A stretch of DNA of 64,000 bases from a virus: the IMG/VR virus record IMGVR_UViG_3300026531_000001, positions 1-64,000 of that record, one strand, 5' to 3'. How positions within the stretch are numbered: the stretch's first letter is position 1; each line of letters starts with the position of its first letter. This document shows, piece after piece, positions 56,366-64,000 of this stretch. The notes beneath the pieces were generated by a model. The model worked only from the letters and a program-made list of their open reading frames with translations, was not told where the DNA came from and searched no databases. The translations under genes were made by a program, and so were the position numbers.

Positions 56366-57347
56366 GTGGGCAGAGGAGACCTGGAACCCCGTCGTTGGCT
56401 GTACGAAGGCCTCAACCGAATGCAAAAACTGCTACGCCGAACGGCTGCACAGAACGCGGTACCGGGCGTGGCTAGACGGTTGGACGGACGCACCGGAGCA
56501 GTACCATGAGCCCTTTGAGCGCGTGCGTCTTATCGAGCGGCGGCTGGACGAGCCGAAGCGCTGGCGCAAGCCTAGGGCGGTGTTCTGCTGCTCGATGGGC
56601 GATCTGTTCCATGAGGACGTGCCGGCGCGCGACGTGCTGGCCGTCCTGAACACGATGGAGCAGGTCAACACCGACCGCATCCACGCCGGGCGGGAGCCAC
56701 ACCGGTTCATGGTGCTCACCAAGCGCTCGCGGCGCATGCGCGACATCCTGGAGACCTGGTTCGACGAGTTCCTGGCCAATAGCGTTGAGCCCACGGGCGT
56801 GTACTCGATCTGGTTCGGAGTCTCGGTGGGCGTACAGGGGTCGGTAGACCGCGCCTTCGATCTGGCGAGCATTCGCAGCCCCGTGCCGCTGGTGCGGTTC
56901 GTGAGCGCCGAGCCGCTGCTGGGGCCCGTGGGATTCGCGCAGGCGCAGCGTCGGTGCTGCGACGGCGAGTTTTACAACCTGCTCACCGGCGAACCCCTGG
57001 GGCATGACGGACAACCGCTTCCGGGGCGGATTAACTGGATCATCGTCGGTGGAGAGACTGGGCCGGGCGCGCGGCCCATGCACCCTGATTGGGCGCAGAG
57101 CTTGCGAGACGAAGCAGGCTACTATGGCGTTCCGTTTTTCTTCAAGCAGTGGGGGGAGTATGTACCGGCGTGGGGCGAAAACGATCCCACCATCTGGCTC
57201 GATAGGTACGGGGGGATTGCGACCGATCCGCATGAGCTCAGCGATCTGGAGAACCCGATCCCAATGCGGCGCGTAGGCCGCCGGGCCGCCGGACGCGAGC
57301 TCGACGGGCTCGTGTGGGAGCAGTATCCCGCTCAGGTCACGCCCTAA
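56346..57347 (+). CDS. Gp37/Gp68 (DUF5131) radical-SAM-like protein
   Basis: IEW...WNPVVGC...S..C.NCYA, SMGDLFH, LTKR, SAEPLL, GGETG and FFFKQWG motifs. Confidence 0.9.
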   Translation: MGKTAIEWAEETWNPVVGCTKASTECKNCYAERLHRTRYRAWLDGWTDAPEQYHEPFERVRLIERRLDEPKRWRKPRAVFCCSMGDLFHEDVPARDVLAVLNTMEQVNTDRIHAGREPHRFMVLTKRSRRMRDILETWFDEFLANSVEPTGVYSIWFGVSVGVQGSVDRAFDLASIRSPVPLVRFVSAEPLLGPVGFAQAQRRCCDGEFYNLLTGEPLGHDGQPLPGRINWIIVGGETGPGARPMHPDWAQSLRDEAGYYGVPFFFKQWGEYVPAWGENDPTIWLDRYGGIATDPHELSDLENPIPMRRVGRRAAGRELDGLVWEQYPAQVTP

Positions 57348-57392
57348 GCCCACCTTCGTCTCTCACCGCCCCAATCTCTACGGTGGGGGGCG

Positions 57393-58016
57393 GTGAGAGG
57401 ACGAGCACCAGCTAGCGCAGCAGTGATGGCGCGACGCAATGAGGGCCGCGCTGATTCGCTTGACTATTACCCAACGCCTCCAGGGGCAACGCGCGCACTC
57501 CTGGATTGGCTTGAGGGGCGTGGGCACGCGCTTTCGGAAGCAAGGGTATTTGAGCCGGCGGCTGGTGGCGGGCACATGGCCCAAGTGCTGGCTGAGCGTT
57601 TCGCGGAAGTGACAACAGCCGATATTGTAGATTACGGCTATCCGCTTAATTGTGTAGGTGATTTTCTAAGGGGGCAGTGTGGTCAAGACGCTGATTGGTT
57701 GATTACCAACCCCCCGTTTGTACTGTTTGATGATTTTGCGATCCGGGCCGTTCGCCAGTACCCGAACGTCGCGCTGTTGGCGCGGCTACAAGCGCTTGAA
57801 GGGCAGCGGCGCTTTGCTCGCTTGTGGTCCCAGAATCCCCCATCCGACGTGCTGGTGTTTGTTAACCGCGTTTCCATGGCGAAGGGCGGTATGCCGTGGG
57901 AGGTTGGTACTAGCCATTCTGCCGTCGCGTACGCATGGTTTGTGTGGCGCCAAGCCGCAACCGGGCGCGCCGCAATAGACTGGCTGCATTATTCCGAAGA
58001 CAAACCGCTTCTTTAG
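57393..58016 (+). CDS. Adenine-specific DNA methyltransferase-like protein
   Basis: DYYPTP, EPAAGGG, ITNPPF and YAWFVW motifs. Confidence 0.8.
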   Translation: MRGRAPASAAVMARRNEGRADSLDYYPTPPGATRALLDWLEGRGHALSEARVFEPAAGGGHMAQVLAERFAEVTTADIVDYGYPLNCVGDFLRGQCGQDADWLITNPPFVLFDDFAIRAVRQYPNVALLARLQALEGQRRFARLWSQNPPSDVLVFVNRVSMAKGGMPWEVGTSHSAVAYAWFVWRQAATGRAAIDWLHYSEDKPLL

Positions 58017-58049
58017 CGACTTACCACCCCCGCCCCTACGGTGGGGGCA

Positions 58050-61000
58050 ATGCCATGGACTGCAGACCGCTACCCCGACGCTATGCGCCACCTCTCGCCA
58101 CCGGTGCGTAGGCGCGCCATTCGCATCGCCAACTCATTGCTGCGCAACGGCTACGGCGAGGGGGAGGCCATACGGATCGCTATAGCCCAGGCCAAGCACC
58201 AGCTGGCCAAGGGATACTACTTGGCCTACGACCCCAATGGGTTCGCCCTGGTCTTTTGGCTCGAGCCTGAGGCACCGCTCGCCAAAGCTGAAGGGGGATC
58301 GGACCTAGGCCCGAACGAGCGCTGGGTTACGCTCAAGCCCCATGGACCCGACCATCCCGACTATGTGCACGTCAAGATCAAGGTCAACCCCGACGGCAGC
58401 GCCCATGTGGTCTCCGGCCCAAAGGGGTTGCACGGCTTGCGACTGACGCGCATCGGTGGGAAGAAGGACGGCCGACGCGAGAAGGCCGACGTGCCCCCCG
58501 AGGAGATGGCGCGCCGCAAAGAGCTGGCGCAGCGACTGCAAGAGCACATCCAGGAGGCCCACCGCGCGGCCTTGGCCGCCGCCGCCCGCATCACCGGGAA
58601 CCCCCACCTCGAGCGCTTGCTCGACGACGACACCCGTGAGCAGCTGCGTACGATCGCGCAGCAGGCGGTGGGGGAGGGCCCCGAGGCGAGCCTCGGGGCG
58701 GGCCTGGCCACCGCGCGCCACGTGCGCGCCGCTACCCAAGCGATCAAGCGCATCGAACGCCAAGTGCTCAAGCACCTGGTACGCGACCCCGATCTACGGA
58801 GCGCGGTCCTTGGCGAGCACGACGCAATCCAGCCGGAGGAGGTTCCCGGGGCGGAACCGACCCCAACCCCCAGCCGCGGCTACGGGGGGTCCATGCGCCA
58901 GATGGCCGAAGAGCACGGGCTCACGGATGAGGAGTTCGAGCGCGAGGCCGAGGACGCTTTCCAGGCCCGGCTCGCCCAGTACGCCCCCGAGGTGCAGGCG
59001 CGCATCCTGGCGGCGCGGGAGCGCATGCGGGCTGCGCAGCCCCTGGCGCGCGAAGCCGGCGCCGCCCTGGAGGAAGCGGCACCGAAGCCCGCCGCCCCCA
59101 CCCCCGAAGAGCTGCGCCAGCATGCGGACGACGTGCGCACCTTCCTGGCCGCGTCCCGCAAGCTGCGCCAGCTGCAAAGGGCGAAGCGCCGCGCCCTGCT
59201 CGGGCATGACCCCGAGGCGACCGAAGCCGAGATCAAGGCCCTGGAGGAGGCCCAGCGCGCCGAGGACGGGAGCCCGCTGGTGGTCCACGCCGAAGAGGTA
59301 GACCCCGAGCTGGCCCGCGAGCTGCAGGCGAGGATCGCCGACCTGGCCAAGGAGGACCTGACCCGCAGCTTCCTCGACACCGTGCAGCGCGCCGCTGAGC
59401 CCGGTTGGAGCTACGGGGAGCTGCGGAAGGCCCTCTACAAGCACTACGCAGCCGGAGCCTACGCGCACCTGAGCAATGTGGGTCTGGCCGTACTGGGGCA
59501 CGACACCCTGGACCGGCTGGCCCTGGACGCCCTGGGCCTCGACGCCGGGGCGAAGCTCATGGCCCACGCGCTGCGCCGCGGCCTCAGCGACGAAGAGGTG
59601 GCCAAGGTGCGCAAGGCCCTTGCGGAGCATCACGACCAGACCCTCGAGCCCATGCTCAAGGAGGCCATGGAGTGGGGCACCAAGGCGCTGGAGGCCGCCA
59701 GAGCGATCGAAATCCCGGCGATTACGGCCACCACCGACGCCCTGATGGTCATGGACCTGGTGCGCAAAAAGCGGCGCCTGCTCGAAGAGGCGTACCGCCA
59801 CCTGGGGACCGCGCTCGGGAAAATGGAGGCGTCCGCCGCTCTCAACTACGCCCTGGGGCAACCTCCAAGCGACCACCTCGAGCTCGAGTTCGGCAAGAGC
59901 GCGCGCGAGGTGATCCCGGCGCTGCGGGCCCTGGGTCTGCAGCCGGGCGACTACACCTACGACTGGGAGGGCGACCGCTTCAAGGTGCGCGTCAACCGCG
60001 CCGGCATGGACCGGCTCACCCCCGAAGCCGATCCCGAGGAGCGCGCCCGCGCCGACCGCGTGAAGGCGATCAAAGCGGGCTTGCACGACGAAGCGGACTG
60101 GCTGCCCGCCGGCTTCGCCCGGTACCCAGCCACGGCCTTCGACCAGCAGGAACCCCCGAAGGCCAAGCGCTTGGCTCGGGCCCCCGACTTCAGCCGCGAC
60201 GTGCGCGCCGGCCTTGAGGAGGCCATCGCCAGCCGGTTGGCGGACGGGTGGACCCCCACCGAGCTAAAGCGGCTGCTCACGTCCGCGAGCTTCATCCGCG
60301 ACTGGGTGCCGCCGGAGAAGATGGAGGCGTACGACCAGCACCTTGAGGAGCTACTTCCGACGTGGGCGGGGGAAGAGGTCCGGCGCAACAAGCAGGGTGA
60401 GGAGTACCGGGTGCCGATCCCGGTGGACTACGACCGCCTCGAGGAGAAGCACCCCGAGCTGCACGAGCGGTTGCAGGGCATGGCCCGGGCATTCGTGGAG
60501 AAGGAGCACCCTGGCGAAGCCGACTTCTACAGCCAGACCGTTGCCGACACCCCCGAGGTGCGAAAGGCCCTCTACCTCACCGTCCTCGAGGACCCGCGCA
60601 CTCAGGTGGCCCTCAAGCCGCTGGGCGACCTGACCCACCGCGATCAGCGGGCGATCCGCCACTACTACCTGACCGAGGTCTTGGGCAAGAGCCCCGAGGA
60701 GCTGGCGGCGCGCAAGGAGTCGGTGCGCAAGGCCCTGGCCGCGTACGACGCCAAGCACCCCATGCCCGACAAGTGGGGCGCGCCGTCTGATGGCGGCCTC
60801 TTCGGCGACCCGCAGCCCGTGGACCCCGAGGCCCCGGTGACGCTGCGCTTTCGCCAGCACGTCGCCGCCGACCCCGACCTCAAGGCGGAGACGCTGCGCG
60901 CCATGGGCCTGGGCCACGGCGACTACGTGGAGAACGACGACGGCAGCGTCACCCTCACCGAGGACGGCAAGGCCAACCTCCGGGGCAACCCCTACCCGGA

Positions 61001-63278
61001 CCGGCTGGAGAGCGACCTGCCCCTGAACCCGGACTGGGTGCGGTGGCACCGCGAGCGGCAGCAGACGGCCACCGACGCGCTCGGGGAGCAGGAGGAGCTG
61101 GTCGAGTGGAACAAGTTCGTGGAGGGCCTGGGCGGGCCGCAGCGTGCGTACGAGGCCATCCAGGAGCACATGCGCGGCCAGCTCGCCAGCCGCTACGCCC
61201 ACTACCACGCCAAGCTCACCGGCCAGCCGCTGCGCCTCTCCAAGGTGGCCAACCGCTGGGGCGAGCACTTGTGGGCCGTGCATGACCCGGCCAGCTACCG
61301 CGCCTTCAAGGACGAGATCGCCCGCCAGCAGCACGCCCTGCGCGAGCGCCAGGGTGGGAAGTTCGCCTACATGGGCGGGCGCGGCTCGCTCCTCGAGGCG
61401 TGGCGCAAGAAGAAGGAGGAGGAGCGGGCTGCGCGCATGGCGCAGGGGAGCCTGTTCGCCGGAGCGGGCGATGAGGCCCTGGACCCTGAGGCCCCGGTGC
61501 CGCACCTGGAGCGCCACGCCCTGCCCCCCGCCGTCGAGAAGCGCCTGGCCGCGATCCTGCCGGAGGTCGCCGGCAGCGTGCACTCCGGGATGAGCCCCGT
61601 CCAGATGTACCCCGTAACCATGGGGAAGGGCACCAAGTACGTCAAGCAGCAGCGGGCGATAAAGGCCATTATCGAAGGCCAGAAGCTCGCAGCCTTCCTG
61701 GGAACGGGAAGCGGAAAGACCTCCGTCGCCATCGGCGGTTTCACCGAGCTGCACCACCGCGGCGAGGCCCAGAAGGGCTTCTTCGTCGTGCCCTCGATCG
61801 TGCGCGACCAGTTCGGGGAGGAAATGGCGCGCGTGCTCGAGCCGGGCAAGTACCGCTGGCACGCGCAGGAAGCCGACGGCGAGCAGCGCCGCGCGGCGTA
61901 CAAGGCCCGCGACGTGCACATGGTTGCGGTCACGCACCAAGCGTTCCGCGACGATATGCTGCGCCTCATGGCGGAGCACCACGGGGAAGACCCCGAGGCG
62001 TTCAAGCAGCGCTTCCTCGACGCCGACCTGAGCGAACGCCAGCGCCTGATGCGCGAGGCCCTGGACGCCCACGGCATCCCGCTGCACTACCTGGCCGTGG
62101 ACGAGGCCCACGACGCCCTGAACCGCCAGGGGAAGGCGGAGAGCCTGCTAACGGCGGTGCTGGATACCGCGATGAGCCTTTCCAGGTACGGCACCCTCAT
62201 GACCGGGAGCCCGGTCAAGAACGACGCTTCCGAGATCGGCGACTGGCTGCGCAAGCTGGACCCGAAGCGCTTCGGTGACCCGGCGGAGTTCCGGCGCCGT
62301 TACGGTGTGGACGCGCTCACCGCGCGCGAGGCCCTGAAACGGCTGGCTGACCGCTACGTCTACCACGACGTGGTGCCCTCGGGCGTCACCAAGCGGGTGG
62401 TTTGGGGGGCAGACGGCACGCAGGGCGACACGCCCAGCGGTCATGCCCCCATCCCCCTGCACCCCCAGCAGCAGGCAGGGCTCGAGGCCGTGCGCCATGC
62501 CTACCAGCGGGCCGTGCGCGCCCGCGACCGTGGCGACGTGGACGTGGACGCCCTCAAGCAGCTTTCGCCCCGGTCCTTCGAGGGCGTGCCCGAGGCCCAG
62601 CACGAGGAGATCGCTCGGCGCCTGAACCGCAGCCTGGGCGTGCTGCACGAGGCGGCCAAGGCGCGGGTGATCAACGAAACGCCGGCCGACCAGAACGCCA
62701 AAATCCAGCACCTGCTCAAGCTGGCGGACCAGCGCCGCGGCAAGGGCGGGGTGATCTTCGCCCACAACCGCCGCGCGGTGCACGAGATCGCCCAGGCCCT
62801 CGAGCGCGCGGGTCACAAGGTGGCCGTGCTGCACGGCGGCCACAGCGCCCAGGACAAGGCCCGCATTCGGCAGCGCTTCGATCGCGGCGAGGTGGACGTG
62901 ATCGTCGCCTCGGACGCCGGGGCGACGGGGGCAAACCTGCAGCACCGGGGTGAGTGGCTGGTTCACTACGACCTTCCCATGACGCACAAGACGTGGGAGC
63001 AGCGCTCGGCGCGCATTGACCGGCTGGGGCAGAAGCGGCCGATCGAAATCCACACGCTGATGACCGACTCCGACCACGACCGCACCAGCCTCGAGCGCTT
63101 GGAGCGCAAGCGCCTGCTCGGGACGATCTTCCAGGGGCCCTATGAGCACATGGACGATACCGGCCTGGCGCTGCAGCTGCAGCTGGCTGGCCTCTCCCGC
63201 CCGGAACGTCCCCGGGACGACGACCCGACGCCGCCGCCCGTGCCCCCGCCACCGCAGCAAGGGGCCCTGTTCGGGTAG
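58050..63278 (+). CDS. Large polyvalent protein with SNF2/SF2 helicase; N-terminal YdaT/DUF2188-like domain
   Basis: GTGSGKT, VDEAH, TGSP, GANLQ and QRSARIDR; N-terminal MPWTADRYP..M..L...VR..AI.IAN; start reassigned by promoter geometry. Confidence 0.85.
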   Translation: MPWTADRYPDAMRHLSPPVRRRAIRIANSLLRNGYGEGEAIRIAIAQAKHQLAKGYYLAYDPNGFALVFWLEPEAPLAKAEGGSDLGPNERWVTLKPHGPDHPDYVHVKIKVNPDGSAHVVSGPKGLHGLRLTRIGGKKDGRREKADVPPEEMARRKELAQRLQEHIQEAHRAALAAAARITGNPHLERLLDDDTREQLRTIAQQAVGEGPEASLGAGLATARHVRAATQAIKRIERQVLKHLVRDPDLRSAVLGEHDAIQPEEVPGAEPTPTPSRGYGGSMRQMAEEHGLTDEEFEREAEDAFQARLAQYAPEVQARILAARERMRAAQPLAREAGAALEEAAPKPAAPTPEELRQHADDVRTFLAASRKLRQLQRAKRRALLGHDPEATEAEIKALEEAQRAEDGSPLVVHAEEVDPELARELQARIADLAKEDLTRSFLDTVQRAAEPGWSYGELRKALYKHYAAGAYAHLSNVGLAVLGHDTLDRLALDALGLDAGAKLMAHALRRGLSDEEVAKVRKALAEHHDQTLEPMLKEAMEWGTKALEAARAIEIPAITATTDALMVMDLVRKKRRLLEEAYRHLGTALGKMEASAALNYALGQPPSDHLELEFGKSAREVIPALRALGLQPGDYTYDWEGDRFKVRVNRAGMDRLTPEADPEERARADRVKAIKAGLHDEADWLPAGFARYPATAFDQQEPPKAKRLARAPDFSRDVRAGLEEAIASRLADGWTPTELKRLLTSASFIRDWVPPEKMEAYDQHLEELLPTWAGEEVRRNKQGEEYRVPIPVDYDRLEEKHPELHERLQGMARAFVEKEHPGEADFYSQTVADTPEVRKALYLTVLEDPRTQVALKPLGDLTHRDQRAIRHYYLTEVLGKSPEELAARKESVRKALAAYDAKHPMPDKWGAPSDGGLFGDPQPVDPEAPVTLRFRQHVAADPDLKAETLRAMGLGHGDYVENDDGSVTLTEDGKANLRGNPYPDRLESDLPLNPDWVRWHRERQQTATDALGEQEELVEWNKFVEGLGGPQRAYEAIQEHMRGQLASRYAHYHAKLTGQPLRLSKVANRWGEHLWAVHDPASYRAFKDEIARQQHALRERQGGKFAYMGGRGSLLEAWRKKKEEERAARMAQGSLFAGAGDEALDPEAPVPHLERHALPPAVEKRLAAILPEVAGSVHSGMSPVQMYPVTMGKGTKYVKQQRAIKAIIEGQKLAAFLGTGSGKTSVAIGGFTELHHRGEAQKGFFVVPSIVRDQFGEEMARVLEPGKYRWHAQEADGEQRRAAYKARDVHMVAVTHQAFRDDMLRLMAEHHGEDPEAFKQRFLDADLSERQRLMREALDAHGIPLHYLAVDEAHDALNRQGKAESLLTAVLDTAMSLSRYGTLMTGSPVKNDASEIGDWLRKLDPKRFGDPAEFRRRYGVDALTAREALKRLADRYVYHDVVPSGVTKRVVWGADGTQGDTPSGHAPIPLHPQQQAGLEAVRHAYQRAVRARDRGDVDVDALKQLSPRSFEGVPEAQHEEIARRLNRSLGVLHEAAKARVINETPADQNAKIQHLLKLADQRRGKGGVIFAHNRRAVHEIAQALERAGHKVAVLHGGHSAQDKARIRQRFDRGEVDVIVASDAGATGANLQHRGEWLVHYDLPMTHKTWEQRSARIDRLGQKRPIEIHTLMTDSDHDRTSLERLERKRLLGTIFQGPYEHMDDTGLALQLQLAGLSRPERPRDDDPTPPPVPPPPQQGALFG

Positions 63279-63316
63279 TCGGATTACCGACCACGACGGC
63301 GTATAAGGTGGGCGCC

Positions 63317-63550
63317 ATGAAGGATGACGCCAAGCGCATACTGGCCGAGCTCCGCGCCGAGCTCGGCCGCGCGCGCATTGAGGAGGCCGCCGCCCGCGGT
63401 GCCGCCCGCGCCGTTGCGGAGCGGCACCAGGCCGCCGCCGCCGAAGCCGCCGGGGGCATCGAAGCGCCCCGCGGCAGCGCCCTCGAAGACGAGTACCTGG
63501 AGCACGTACTGAGACGCGGAACCGCCCGCGCACTGGAGGCAGCCGAATGA
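63317..63550 (+). CDS. Small hypothetical late protein
   Basis: ACCACG-N8-TAAGGT-7nt-ATG. Confidence 0.55.
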   Translation: MKDDAKRILAELRAELGRARIEEAAARGAARAVAERHQAAAAEAAGGIEAPRGSALEDEYLEHVLRRGTARALEAAE

Positions 63551-64000
63551 CGCTACGCGAGATCTACGATCTGATCAAGGCCCAGGCCCAGGCCCTGTTC
63601 AACCTGCCCGAACCGCCGGCGAAGCGCACGCGCCCGCGGCGCTCCACTCGGCGCACCCGCAAGCCGAAGGGGGCACCCCCGGACCAGCCCGCCCTGTTCG
63701 GCGACGGGGGCAGCAAGCCGGTCGAGCAACCGGCGCTCCCGTTCGGGAAGCGCGACAAGACGCGCCTGAAACCGGTCAAGAAGGTCGTGCGCGAGAAGGG
63801 CGGGAAAACCCACACGCAGACCTACTGGGAGAAGGTGGGCGACGCGGAACCGGCGCCCAAGCCGGCCGCGCCGAAGCCCGAAGAGAGACAGGAGCCCAAC
63901 CCCGGGGACGCGTTCCGAGCGAAGCTGAGCCAGGACCCGCACGCCGCCCTCGACGAGCTCGAGCGCGAGGTGGAGGGCCTGTTCACCACCCGCAGTGCGG
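63547..64000 (+). CDS. Putative internal head/polyvalent protein (3'-truncated)
   Basis: MTLREIYDLIKAQ...LKPVKKVVREKGGKTHTQTYW; open to the window end. Confidence 0.6.
   Translation, partial: MTLREIYDLIKAQAQALFNLPEPPAKRTRPRRSTRRTRKPKGAPPDQPALFGDGGSKPVEQPALPFGKRDKTRLKPVKKVVREKGGKTHTQTYWEKVGDAEPAPKPAAPKPEERQEPNPGDAFRAKLSQDPHAALDELEREVEGLFTTRSA

Larger units (their letters stand above)
1..64000. mobile_element. Myovirus-type phage / phage-plasmid segment, probably of a Deinococcus-Thermus host
   Basis: Continuous tail, lysis, packaging, head, replication and partition modules; ParA+RHH and initiator present; no integrase or host operons in the window. Confidence 0.9.

Noticed and set aside
58794-63533. 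Long minus-strand ORFs (430, 586, 461 aa), and similar ones at 20847-22355 and 899-1954
   Set aside because: Antisense shadows of real genes in high-GC DNA; no motifs or RBS

Overview
The whole 64 kb is one GC-rich, contractile-tailed (myovirus-type) phage or phage-plasmid. No integrase or host housekeeping operon is visible. The host is probably Deinococcus-Thermus (inference from the GN-starting tmRNA tag, leaderless TANNNT-6/7nt-ATG genes and very frequent CTCGAG). In order, the window holds DNA methyltransferases; neck genes; a phage-borne tmRNA; the tail (sheath, tube, chaperone, tape measure with M23 domain, baseplate, fibres); lysis and nucleotide-metabolism genes; terminase and RuvC; a phage beta-clamp; a repressor/cro-like switch; ParA plus an RHH protein; an initiator with internal iterons plus a DnaC-like loader; a four-tRNA cluster with structured spacers; portal and MuF; an early operon; and large polyvalent SNF2-type head proteins. 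The top finding is missing from the ORF track: a 30-aa ORF at 41861-41953 (-) encoding a signal peptide plus the 7-mer DPCPGCY. It lies directly behind a 478-aa TPR-like protein with a possible C-terminal DNA-binding helix, and ahead of repeats and a leaderless 63-aa gene. This looks like an arbitrium-like peptide communication module with a possibly disulfide-cyclised signal in a non-Firmicute phage. Other highlights are a recurrent late-promoter motif (ACCRCN-N8-TAVGGT), a dual-frame C5 methyltransferase, a TTT-CGT +1 frameshift in the tail chaperone, LxKA putative protease sites in head proteins, and QxxLF clamp motifs. All calls were made by eye; no database searches were run.
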